Assembly: GCF_000143415.4 (NCBI RefSeq)
Contig: NW_003314299.1
Span: 1,490,559 to 1,554,558 of the forward strand
DNA length: 64,000 nt
Reading direction: 5' to 3'
Source: Selaginella moellendorffii
Lineage: Eukaryota; Plantae; Lycopodiophyta
The position numbers and the translations under genes are program-made. Under the pieces are notes generated by a model that was not told the origin of the DNA, did not search any database, and saw nothing but the letters and a program-made list of their open reading frames with translations. Shown piece by piece: positions 53,160-64,000 of the stretch (its first letter is position 1; the number at the start of each line of letters is the position of its first letter).

Positions 53160-54597
53160 GATCGTCCACTTTTAATACACCCGGTTCTTGGCCAAGGAGA
53201 CAGAGTCGAAGCACAGCAGAGATCATCTCTTTCCACTGGCAATCCAGAAATTCTCAAGGGAGGACCTCATAAGAGAGGACATAGTTGATAGTGCAAAGGA
53301 CGAGGCCTCGAATCTTTCGCTGCTCTCTAAGAACCACCACGGGTTGCCCAAGGTACTTTTTATAAGCACGCCACATCGCCGTGTCCGGTGGCTTTGCGAG
53401 ATCGTAGTCCTCTGGCCGCATGTTCATCACCCATGCCTCTTCCTTTTCGTTGGGGTACACCATCACAACAACCAATGCCAGGATTCAAATCTGTGTGTTG
53501 AAGAATGGAAGCTATTACCACATTGCTTCAACAGCGCAGTCCCTCACAGCTTTCTCCATGAAGGACGGAGTGCGCTCCTTGCAGAAACCATTTGCTAGAA
53601 CCTGACAAGAAGAAAAGGATCAAAGTTTGTACACACGAACAAGTATATACCTCCTCCTCCTCCTGCGTGCTAGAGTCCTGTGTCCCAAGCCGGTCATCTG
53701 CTCCAAGAAAACTCTTGAGAAAGAGAACACATATAACTCTGGACAGGCACCACTTACACGTCAAATCGTGGTCGTAAGAGATTCGGAGGTCGTAGCGTCC
53801 AAGCCAGATGCGAGCGTGCTGCGTGCAAGCCGAGATGACATGGTAGTGCGGCAATACAGCCAGCGGCGGCCTTTCAAGAGCAAGCGATCGCAGGAGCTTG
53901 TTGTTGTGGATCCCTTCAAGCAGCAACATTAATTCCTTGATACGCAAAGGGGCAGAGTCGGCGGCGTCCACTGGAACATACGAGTCAGGCATGGATGTCC
54001 CGCAAGCTGCGAGTAAGCCAGTTTACTTGGTCTTCTCGAGCGTGGTCCCATCGACCAATCAACGAGATTTTAATGTTATCAGCTACAAGCTCTATCATTC
54101 TATCATTCGCATGCTGGGAACTCAAGGTTGGTTACTCACCAGATTGTCCACTGGGAGAGAACCAAAGAAGTCGCATATCACAACTTTGGATGCCAAGTCC
54201 AGTAGCTTTGGCACTTCCCCAATAAACGTGGTACTCAAAGGGGAGATTTTGATGCTCCACTGCTTCCTCTCTTCCTCTATGCAACGCCCTGCAGCTGTTG
54301 TCAACAAGAGAATAAAAAAGACTTCTTACATCTAAATTCCCCATTGGAAGGCTTCCGGTAAGGCTCCGCCGGCAAGAGATCCGTCCCAATAACGTTGTGC
54401 GCCACCTCTTTGGAACTCCGAGAAAACTTTGGCCTCAATACAAACCTTTGATGTTCCTGTCCTCGCAAAACTCGCTCCACAAACGCTCCAGGTGCTCCGT
54501 CACCTCCTTGTCTTGCTTCCATGCGTATAGCGGGGCAAGGCTTGTAAGTCCAGTCCGCGAGAGCAGCACCCGGCGAGCGAAATCAACCATGCAGTAA
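53160..54597 (-). pseudogene. More diverged, 5'-truncated copy of the 7-exon gene directly downstream of intact ALE2
   Basis: APLRIKELMLLLEGIHNNKLLRSLALERPP and MNMRPEDYDLAKPPDTAMWRAYKKY. Homology stops at 54597 in an AT-rich segment. Confidence 0.8.
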
Positions 54598-55014
54598 GGG
54601 TTAAAAAGGGTATTAAATTAATCTTAAAAAGGGTGATATATAACAAATGGAATTATTTAATCAAGTGATTAAATTCAAGGAGCCTAATACTCTAGTCAAA
54701 TGAAATATGTTACAAAAAAACGAGAGACAACTCACTACCATCATCTTGCCTGGCGTCCGCACAATCAAATCACTCTCGAGAGCTTGTTTCCCGAGCCAGG
54801 AACTCAAGCTCGCCATCTTCCCTTCTTTTGCTCCCTGTGATCTCGCTATACTTCAGTGGTAAACACTTTCAGCAAGAACATCCAAGCCGATGAGAAGCCG
54901 AGCTCGAAACCACCATCTCGAGCAAGAATCCGACTAGCCTGTGTAAATCAATGATCAATCTTCCATCCCTTCCATCTCCGCCACCACCACCACCACCACC
55001 GCTCCCTCTAAAAA

Positions 55015-57983
55015 CTATAGCAGCCAAATGTCACTATGGTCGTTCCTGTTAGCATCGCCCCGCTTGTACCGCAGTAGCGCCGACTCACTCACTGTCCCAT
55101 TGTCCGCGTTTCTCACTCGGTACCATGGACGCTTCGGTTTGATCGATGTCGCCGCAGTGGGAGCTGACGCGCATTGCTGCTGCTGGCTCGCGAAAGTCCC
55201 CACGATGAAACTCTCCGAGTTTGACAGTGCCTGCTGCCTCCCTGCCCGATCTCCACCAAACGTCCCGGAGTCGTAGTCTATGCTGATGAACGAGTCACTC
55301 TCTCGGCAGTGCCTCGCCGCACCGCTGATTCTCTCGTCGTCACCACCACCACCGTTTGCGTACGTTCCACCACCGCCGACGAAAGGATTCCTCGACTTCA
55401 CATCCTGCTGCTGGCTTTCCCTGTGCATGCTGCCATTGCCGGACATGATACCGTCGCTGGCGTCCGAGTCGTTGTACACCAGCTTCAATGCCTGGACAAC
55501 TTCTCCCATGAGAGGCCTGTGAGAGACGTCCGGCTGGACGCACATCGAGGCGATCGCTGCCACCTTGACCAGGTTGTCGAATGGAACGTTGTTCAGAGCC
55601 GGGTCGACGAGGATCTCCAGTCCCTCCTTGCTGTTGAGCAGCGGCCTTGCCCATGTCACTAGATTTTCTTGACCGGGTGGCTGGGACATGTCGACCGGCT
55701 TTCTGCCCGACAGTAGCTCGAGTAGCACAACCCCGTAGCTGTAGACATCGCTCTTCACCAAAAGATGTCCGGTCATTGCGTACTCTGGAGCGACGTAACT
55801 GCGCCAGTAAACCAGAGATCAGTTTCTCAGAGGATAAAAGAAAACTACGCTGTTGAAAACCAAAGCGTACCCGAATGTTCCCATCACTCGGGTAGAAATG
55901 TGGGTGCTCATCTCGTCAGAGGCCGCTTTTGCGAGCCCAAAATCCGACACTTTGGGAGTGAAATCCTCTTCTAGCAGTATGTTGCTGGCTTTGAAGTCTC
56001 TATGTATCACTCTGGGATTTGAATCCTCGTGAAGGTAAGCCAGACCGCGTGCTGCACCGAGAGCTATCTTCAAACGGGTTTCCCAATCCAAAGGCGAAGT
56101 TTCTTGATCAATGCCTGCAGTCATAGATAAATGCTAACAACGATGAAGTAGCTTGCACGTACCATGAAGGTGGGATTCAACACTTCCATTTGAAATGAGC
56201 TCGAAAACCAAGCATCGTGTGTGTTCTTCGATGCAAATGCCCAAAAGCTTCACCAGATTACGATGGTGAAGGCGGCTCAGCATTTCCACCTCCGCTGCAA
56301 ACTCACGGCCGCCCTGGTGATCATCTCTAGTCAAAACTTTGACAGCAACTCTTGTGTTGTCGTCCAGAATGCCATGATAAACTCGACCGAAACCTCCCTC
56401 TCCAATAATATTCTGCGTCTTGAACCCGTTGGTTGCCCGTTCTATCTCCAGTAGAGTAAATGTCTTTGCCGAGCCGGTATAAGGCGTGAAGCTCGACGCA
56501 TAAGAGATTGATGTCGAGCTGGCCATGCTGCTAGAGAGCATGGATCCTCCACCTGAAACAAACGAACTTTGTCAGTAAAAGATGCTTAGTAAACGAGCAG
56601 AATACCTGACTTCTTCGTCACAGACGAGCCAGGCAGCATGGGTTCAACCATCATAGGTTGCTTGGCATGTTTGCAGCGCCATGCAAACCACACCGCTACC
56701 AGGCATATAACGGCAAGCAGAGCAGTCAACACCACAACGGCTATGGTTCCAGTGCCGGGCCTTGACCTCCTCTTCTTTACATTGACACTGAGTGGTTGTT
56801 CGTAAGGACTTTTAGAGCTTGTAGGGCCTCCCGCATTGCTACCGGGCGAAGGAGGGGACGGAGGCAAGCCTGATCATGAGACCAACTTAACATAAAGCAT
56901 AAAGCAACATTTCAAAAAGAGATTTTACCTGGATATCGAACATAAAGGACGCTGTAGCTTCCAAACCGGTCCTCACTAATGCCAACCTCGTGATTCCAAA
57001 ACTTATGAGCTGTTCGCAAAGCAGTCGCATTGTCAAAGGCAGCTCCCAAAGGAACTAATTCTGCTTTAACTTCTGTTTCGTCCATGTTATTTTCCACTGT
57101 GTTCGCACCCAGAATTCGCACCTGGCTTTGCGAAAACGACGTCCCTGCCGCCAATTCTGAAGCCAACTCTGACACTTGCGGGAAAAACACATAAGGCGGC
57201 ACTCCAAGCTGAAGGCTCACCAGCATTGGAATAACACAGCCGCATGGTTCACCAGCAGTTGAAGTGAATGGATCTGTGCATCGTTCGTGACAGTCTGTGA
57301 CAAAAAGAAAACGTATTTTGATCGCCCTGAGGACATCTAAAAGAGCGTGTTACCCGTGGACGGTGCTGGCAACGAAGGAATAATACCAGGTGGAGGCATT
57401 GGAGAAACGGACGGGCCTGGGCCTAGAAGAAAGAACAAACAAAAAAAGAGTGCTGAAGCTTGAAAATGGAGGTGATCGTTGTTACCTGGAGTTGGCGCCT
57501 GGATGTGGACATGACGCCGATGGTGTGGCGATTGTGCTGGAACCACTCCCCCGTGACCTCGATGTGTTGGTGCGGGAGCGTGATCGTGACGATGATGGCG
57601 ATGGTGATGGTGCCCAGTGGTTGGAGCCGAGGCAATGCTTACTTGGTAGGATGGAGAGTGCTGCCCAGAAAGGAGAAACCGCCGGAAGTGAGTCTTCTCG
57701 GTTTGATCAGTAGCGCTGCGCAAACCCATATCACCAAAATGCTCTCAAGAGAAGATCGAGAAGTAGAAAACCAACTTACCGTCTTCCCAAGCCCTCGATT
57801 TCGCTCTCCCCAATTAGAACTCCTGGCACCAAACAACCCACCACATAAATTCCTACTCGTTTAAACAACGCACCAGAAGAAAAGAAAAACCAAAGAGAGA
57901 AAACACGAGAACTTACCTTGAGAAGCGGCAATGTAGAGAGCGCTCAAGCTCAGCACCACTAGCACGGCATTCCCACAACTCAT
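55015..57983 (-). CDS. ALE2: ALE2-like (Pro/His-rich ectodomain) receptor-like Ser/Thr kinase, multi-exon
   Basis: Signal peptide [23 protein letters not shown], a His/Pro-rich region, a Cys motif ([19 protein letters not shown]) and a TM helix ([22 protein letters not shown]). Kinase motifs [32 protein letters not shown] and [22 protein letters not shown]. Confidence 0.92.
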
Positions 57984-60536
57984 GGCTAGATGCGCCATTC
58001 ACTGCTCGCTCCCCATTCCTCCACTCTTGCTGCTCGCTTCCTCCTACATTATCCTCTCCGGCGGCTGTGGAGCGACCCTCCCCACAGGAGAGCCGCCTTC
58101 CCAGACCTAAAACCAGCTCCACCGCAAATCGCTGAGAAATCGCGCTGCCGCATGCCACTACTCCAAAATATTCCCCCTATTTCGTGCAATGCGAGCAAGA
58201 AATCCCCTCCCCGGGCGCATCAAAAGCTCGGCCTCGCCCCGGAGCGAGAGAATCTCTGCAATCCCTGCCTGCGCTCCATTCCGGAATCCTCCACGGCCGA
58301 AATCCAGCAATCCCTGCCTCTAGCAATGCGCGCCTGGGCGAGAATGCGGCATCGCGACCTGGAAATCTCGCCGCTCCGCGCCGCTGCTCCAAAGCACCAT
58401 CGCTGTCGCCTTCTTCACAATCAATGCCCCTCAACTCTGCGAGAGAAGGGAAGTGAGGAAAATAAAAATATACCTTTAAGACCACCTCGCTGGTAAAAGA
58501 GAGCGCCCGGCAATTTGGCCGGTCAAAAAAAGCAATGGGGGTAATGGCCAGTGGCCACGCCCGCTCACATGGGCCACACTGGACAAAGCGTATGCCCGTT
58601 GGGCAGAAACACTAAACCGCACTGACGGCGTCAAGTCCCCGTGTACGGACGAAGAGTACAATTGTTTAGCTGGAAATGACGGTGCAACGCTGACGGACGT
58701 AATAGCGGGTAAAGGCTCTGACCCCTGGGCAAAAGTGGGCATTTTTGTGCGCGTAATGCTTGGCCAGTGGCAAAGCAACAAGTGGCCACCAAGCTTAACA
58801 GTTGTTAGGTGTGATAGTAATTAAGTAAAATCCTTTTAGTTAGTGGGAATCTCTTTGAATGGCATTTTTTTTCTCTTTTATTTTGAGTTTTTGGAGCATG
58901 AAGTGGCCATGTTTCTTTTATAGCCTTGAAGAAGACGAAGAACTGATTGCTTGAAATTGGTCTTTGCATTGGAGGGGATGAACAAAGGTGTTTCCAAGGT
59001 CAAAAGTCTTGGTTGCCTTGAGAGAACTTAAACCCACATATTTTCTCTCTCTTTGCAATGTACCATCTTGGGGGTTGGAGCTAAGACTTGGATGAATGAT
59101 CAAACTACTTACTACTTGCATGGTCAGTTTCTATTGAAGACTGTGAAGGACGAAGCCAACAAACAAGAAAAAATCAAAATAAAAAAGGAGGAGGAAGAAA
59201 TAGAGTCTTTTTGGTTCTTCACTTTTCAATGTAAAGGGTTTTGGTTCCTTCTTTTTGACTGTGATGTTTTTGGCCTGTAGAGCCTGGAACAAAAGACAAC
59301 AATATCTATCCTACGCAAGTTATTCTCTTTTGGTTCGTTAGTGTATTGCTAGCTCGCTTAATTTAATTACATTCATAAAAATTTTCTAAACAAAGCCATC
59401 CGTGGTTATTGTGTTCAAGTAACTTCAAATATAGTTTTTTTAGAATAATTTTCTAATCAAAGCTATTAACTAAGTCTTGCATTGCTCACATACTGAAGCA
59501 ATTACTGTTTGTGACCTTATATATTTTCTTACAAGAGTTGAACATCCAGAATAAACTTTTGAAACAAATATATTTGAAGTCTTCATGCTGTTCAGAAATT
59601 AGTATTTACTAATACAGTATTTAATATAAATGTTTTTACAGCACTTCAAAAATTATATAACCTCCTGTGCATCTCTATATGGAAACATTTTTAGAACTCT
59701 AAGCTATTAAGAGTGTATATATATATGACCAAATTTAGTTGTATATATATAGATATATTTTACAGAAACTTGACTCGTTTTATAGGAGCTTTTTGATAAA
59801 TAAAAAAAAAAGACGTTTTTGTTAAAGTGTTTGACTTAAGCATCTTTAGCTGTAGATGTTAACCTATTTTCAGAACAAAGCTCATGAAAACATTCCCTTT
59901 GTTTTTCCTGATTTGTTTTGCCCAATTAATTGCTCATCAAATACCTTCAACCATGGCCTTTGGGAGTTCCTATCACATTATGAAATTGCAAGCATCATAT
60001 CTGTTTCAGAAGTGTGTATAGAATGTTTTATACAATACATGACATCTTATCAATGGACCATCACATAGTTGATTGCTCCTTTTTTATTCACGATGTTCAG
60101 CAAGGTGATAGATGCTCAGCAAATCAAGGAACATCAATTACAGGGATTGAATCTCAAGCCACCTTTACCTTTTTACTTTACAACACACAAGAAATTTACA
60201 GAGCAGTAGTAAATATTTGAGTGGAATGTTCGTGTTAGAGTACTGTGTGATCTATGTTCCAAGTCCACCTAGTCCTCCAAGTCATCAAATTCTTTCTTGG
60301 AATAGTAATTCTATAGTTTAGGAAGCTCAGTGTTTGAAACAATGTTATTTATGTGGTGGCCTCATTTCAGTGGTGACAAACTGTATCATCCAGATGGGCT
60401 TGTAATGCTAATTCTAACCTTCCCCTTTACAAAGTTTTCATTCAAGACTTCCAAACACGTTTTCAAACACAAGTGGTAATTTTAGGCTTCTTTGTTAATC
60501 GCTCGTTACTAGTTTCAATAACCATGGTGTTTATTG

Positions 60537-63233
60537 TTAAAATGAATTATTATTTATAAACAAACTTACTGATTTTTCATTTGGCATGATAGATTTATTG
60601 TGCATGCTCGATCCACACAAAGTCATCCACACCAGATCATCAGGCTCGTATGGCATGCTGTGGATCAAATCCTCGGCCTTGCCAACCTGTCCCGACCGAG
60701 CAAGAACATCCACCATGCACACGTAATGCTCCACACCAGTTGCCACGCCCAAAGGATCAATCTCTCGCAGCCAAAGCCAGCAATGGTGAGCGTGATCCAC
60801 GAATCCAGCACGGCTGCAAGCACTCAAAAGAGTGCTAAAGGTGATGGCATCCGGCTGACAAGATCCATCCAGCCTCATCTCCCAAAACATCTCCACAGAC
60901 TCCTCGCTTCTTCCATTCTGAGCGTAGCAAGCGAGGATCGAGTTCCAGGATACGATATCACGATGGTGTTCCATCCACGGATCCCGGAACACGAGTACGG
61001 CAGCACTCGAGTCTCCACACCGGCCGTACATGGAGATTAACGCGTTTCCAAGCTTGTTCCTGGTGTTCTTGCTTGCAATGGTGGCGTCTCCCAGGATCCG
61101 GGAGTGGAGAGACTTGGCTTGCGGCAAATTCCCCATGCCGGCACAAACATCGATCATTGCCAGGTAGCTGATATCGTTGAGCTTGACACCAGTTTGATCC
61201 ATGAGCCTGGAAACTCTGAGAGCTCCCTCGCAATCGCCACTCTGGACGTAGGCCCCAATCAACGCATTGTAAGTCACGGCGTTTCTTTGGCTCTCGCTCA
61301 CGCTCCAAAAGACCTCACGAGCTCGCTCGAGCTCGCCAGCTTTTCCATACAGGTCGATGATTCCACTCCATAGCGATTCTAGTCCCATCTCCACGACTCT
61401 CGCATGGACAAAGCTCAAGTCCAACGCTTCGATGGCGGCCATGAGTGATACTTCGTCAGCTTTTACGCCTTCCAGCTCCATCTCCTGGAAAGTCTTCGCA
61501 GCACTACAAGGAAGCCCACTCTTGGTATAAACAGCCACCATAGCAGTCCACAACACCACATCCAGAGCCTTGGTTCTCTCAAAAACGCTCTTGGCTTGAT
61601 GTAGATCCCCGCAAAAGCCATAAGCCGTGACCAATGACGCTGCTACCTGAGCCTCCATTCCAAGACCTTTAGCGATGGCATGGAGAAGCTGGACCTGTGG
61701 CAAATCTTCAACTCTAGTGCAAGCTTCCAAGACGCTCACCAAGGTGCTCAAAGTCCCCGCGACGCCTTCCAAGCTCATTTCTCGGAAGAGCTGGAGCGCT
61801 TCGTCGCAGTGACCGCCGCGAGACAAAGTGGAGATCATGGAGTTCCAAGTAACTGGATTGCTGCTACTGCTCACAGTTTCGAAAACTTTCCAAGCATCTG
61901 CAACGCTCCCGCATTTCCCATACATGCTGAGAATCGATGTAGCGAGGATCACGTCCAGAGGAACCCCACTTTCGACCAAGAATTCGTGCAGCATCAGGCC
62001 TTGCCTCAAGTATCCCGGATCCTTGGAGCAAGCATCAAAGAGACTCACGTACACAACCTCGTCGGCTTTCATCCCTTGAAGATCCATGAAGCAAAAGAGC
62101 TGTATGGCCTTCTCGCTGAATCCATGCATGGAGTAAGCTCCCACCAGGGCCGTGTAAGCAACGACATCGCGTTCGAGCTCGTGAATATCATAAAACACAG
62201 CGATTGCAGCTTCTAGATTGCCAAACTTCGCATAAGACGTGATCAATGCGGTTCCGAGAACTCTGGAACGAGAGGTTTTCGTTGCCGAGGCTTGGATCTC
62301 CGATTGAACGACGAGGGCGATGCTGAAAGACTCGCAAGACGCGAGAACGTTGAGGAAGGAGATATCGTCCGCTTGGACGCCTTCCAAGTCCATCAAACAA
62401 AAAGCCCGGTACGCCTCCGTGAAAAGCCCGTTCCATGCATACGCCGCCACCATTGCATTCCAAGCAGCAGCAGTGGGAGAAGAAATGTTGTCAAAAAGTT
62501 GGCGAGCTTTGAAAAGAGACCCCGCCTGTCGTCCCAGCAAGTGTATCACGGCACTCGCCACGAAAGGATTCGTCAAGTAGCCACTTTCGATGGCGATTTC
62601 CACCACCATGTTTGTAAAAGCAGCGGGAAGAACCCCGCACGCACCGAAAATCCCAGTGAAAGTGAGAGAGCTCGGCTTTACTCCTTCCAAATTCATAAGC
62701 TCGAAAAGAATCATGGCTTCTGCAGAATGCCATTTCTTGGCATAAGCAGTAAGCAAGCTATTCCATGCTACTACATTCTTTTCTGGCATCTTGTCAAAAA
62801 ATTCTTTAGCTTCTGAAAATTTCTGGTTTTTGGTGTAGGAAACGAGCATGGTCGTCCGCGAAACCAAATCCTGGGAAGGCATTCTCTCGAAAACATCTCT
62901 AGCTGTGTCAAGATCCCCGTTATGGGCATATGCTGTAAGAAGCAGAGTCCAGGAGAAAACATTGGGCTGCTGGATCCGATCAAACGCTGCTTGGGCGTCC
63001 ATGAGACTGCTAAAGTTTCCATACATCTGGACGAGCAAGTTCCCGAGGAAAGTATCGGTGTCAAAGCCGGAGTCTATCAGTTTCGTGTGGATCTCTTTCC
63101 CCTGTGCCAAGTCCGTGCAGTTCCGCAGCAAAGAGGCATAGGTGGAAGATGCCTGCTGAATAGAGAGGTTGCTCACTCGCTCCAATCGCTCCCTGAAAGG
63201 CCCAAGCGTCGCCCATCTCTGATCAATGGCCAT
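60537..63233 (-). CDS. PLS-class pentatricopeptide repeat protein with a partial E domain and no DYW domain (organellar RNA-editing factor type)
   Basis: 898-aa intronless ORF with repeated PPR motifs (NLLVQMYG, VVAWNSLLTAYA, ILSMYGKCGSVADAWKVF). It ends HYVCMVDVLARSGQ...MPYEPDDLVWMTL. Confidence 0.93.
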   Translation of the reverse strand: MAIDQRWATLGPFRERLERVSNLSIQQASSTYASLLRNCTDLAQGKEIHTKLIDSGFDTDTFLGNLLVQMYGNFSSLMDAQAAFDRIQQPNVFSWTLLLTAYAHNGDLDTARDVFERMPSQDLVSRTTMLVSYTKNQKFSEAKEFFDKMPEKNVVAWNSLLTAYAKKWHSAEAMILFELMNLEGVKPSSLTFTGIFGACGVLPAAFTNMVVEIAIESGYLTNPFVASAVIHLLGRQAGSLFKARQLFDNISSPTAAAWNAMVAAYAWNGLFTEAYRAFCLMDLEGVQADDISFLNVLASCESFSIALVVQSEIQASATKTSRSRVLGTALITSYAKFGNLEAAIAVFYDIHELERDVVAYTALVGAYSMHGFSEKAIQLFCFMDLQGMKADEVVYVSLFDACSKDPGYLRQGLMLHEFLVESGVPLDVILATSILSMYGKCGSVADAWKVFETVSSSSNPVTWNSMISTLSRGGHCDEALQLFREMSLEGVAGTLSTLVSVLEACTRVEDLPQVQLLHAIAKGLGMEAQVAASLVTAYGFCGDLHQAKSVFERTKALDVVLWTAMVAVYTKSGLPCSAAKTFQEMELEGVKADEVSLMAAIEALDLSFVHARVVEMGLESLWSGIIDLYGKAGELERAREVFWSVSESQRNAVTYNALIGAYVQSGDCEGALRVSRLMDQTGVKLNDISYLAMIDVCAGMGNLPQAKSLHSRILGDATIASKNTRNKLGNALISMYGRCGDSSAAVLVFRDPWMEHHRDIVSWNSILACYAQNGRSEESVEMFWEMRLDGSCQPDAITFSTLLSACSRAGFVDHAHHCWLWLREIDPLGVATGVEHYVCMVDVLARSGQVGKAEDLIHSMPYEPDDLVWMTLCGSSMHNKSIMPNEKSVSLFINNNSF

Positions 63234-63287
63234 ACATCTTTAAGAGATCGAAAAGATTTGTTAACATAACCTTGATTAGTGTGTAAA

Positions 63288-63354
63288 GCACTGCTGGTCT
63301 AGTGGAAGAATAGTATCCTGTGCCGGTACATATCCAGATTCGATTCCCGGGCAG
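63288..63354 (+). pseudogene. Degenerate tRNA-Gly copy (anticodon loop CTGTGCC), truncated by an assembly gap
   Basis: Matches the tRNA at 63534-63604, including its 5' flank, but has anticodon-loop and T-stem mutations. Confidence 0.7.
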
Positions 63355-63533
63355 NNNNNNNNNNNNNNNNNNNNNNNNNNNNNNNNNNNNNNNNNNNNNN
63401 NNNNNNNNNNNNNNNNNNNNNNNNNNNNNNNNNNNNNNNNNNNNNNNNNNNNNNTTTAGCGCGGTCATTCGAGTTTATATTACGTATAATTTTAATTATA
63501 TCGCTGTTTTAACAAGATTAACCAAAAATAAAA

Positions 63534-63604
63534 TGCACTGCCCGGGAATCGAACCCGGGTCTGTACCGTGGCAGGGTACTATTCTACCACTAGACCAGCA
63601 GTGC
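63534..63604 (-). tRNA. trnG-GCC: tRNA-Gly(GCC)
   Basis: GCACTGCTGGTCTAGTGGTAGAATAGTACCCTGCCACGGTACAGACCCGGGTTCGATTCCCGGGCAGTGCA (71 nt) forms a full cloverleaf and is followed by a T-run terminator. Confidence 0.95.
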
Positions 63605-63723
63605 TTTAGATAGTAAACAAGGTTATGTAGCAACGGTTTAGATATTAATTAAAACGAGCGTTCTGTTTTTAAATCAAACCATGAACCCTAAAACTTGCTA
63701 AAAATTTCATACAAATTCTCATA

Positions 63724-63980
63724 CTACACGATCTTCTTGATTTTCGAGAAAGACCCCGTTTCCGAAAAGTACGTTGATTGGGTACCGCTTCCAAGCAATG
63801 CAGCTTGCGCTGATGGATTCGAGAGCTCGATACCCTGCCGAAGAACCGAAAAGAAAATCACCACTTTTCTCGAAACAAAGAAAACAAAAACGAAAGAGGA
63901 GTACCTGAACCGGCGTGAACGCTAAACTAGAGGTGAGACCAGACGTAGCTCCACTGCTCCCATACTTCTTCTCTTTAAAC
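63724..63980 (-). CDS. PRP31: U4/U6 snRNP protein PRP31, last two exons (the gene continues beyond the window)
   Basis: FKEKKYGSSGATSGLTSSLAFTPVQ | GIELSNPSAQAALLGSGTQSTYFSETGSFSKIKKIV-stop, matching the PRP31 C-terminal motif. Not visible in the ORF track. Confidence 0.88.
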
Positions 63981-64000
63981 CTGCAAATCGAAACACAGAG

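Noticed and set aside
40190-54600. Pack-MULE, Helitron or foldback transposon as the explanation for the duplication complex
   Set aside because: I found no transposase, outer TSD or Helitron termini. The arms consist of neighbouring host-gene sequence.
59850-60450. Possible gene or transposon remnant between ALE2 and the PPR gene
   Set aside because: Only short ORFs with no motif or terminal repeat.

Overview
This is a gene-dense eukaryotic window with very short introns (about 50-60 nt). A flagellar axoneme gene, an intronless PLS-type PPR gene and plant MAP65, ALE2 and beta-amylase genes point to a seed-free land plant, most consistent with the lycophyte Selaginella (inference). In order, the window holds: a UBP12/USP7-like fragment; a small secreted tandem-repeat ORF; an F-box gene; a TPR-SET-MYND (SMYD4-like) gene; two degenerate short-LTR Ty3/gypsy elements of one family, head-to-head, one carrying a nested solo LTR; a neprosin-family gene with a partial tandem pseudocopy; a beta-amylase; one spliced LRR-Kelch-DRC7 reading frame divergent from RPL7; MAP65; and a second neprosin gene. 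A ~14.5-kb duplication complex follows (40.2-54.6 kb), built from the 3' end of the ALE2-like kinase and an unrecognised 7-exon gene. Its core is an ~11-kb palindrome with two intact, convergent copies of that gene, a ~520-aa protein with a mitochondrial-type presequence that the ORF track shows only in pieces. The window ends with the intact ALE2-like kinase, a PLS-E PPR gene, an inverted tRNA-Gly pair and the 3' end of PRP31. Splice models were built by eye and no database searches were run.
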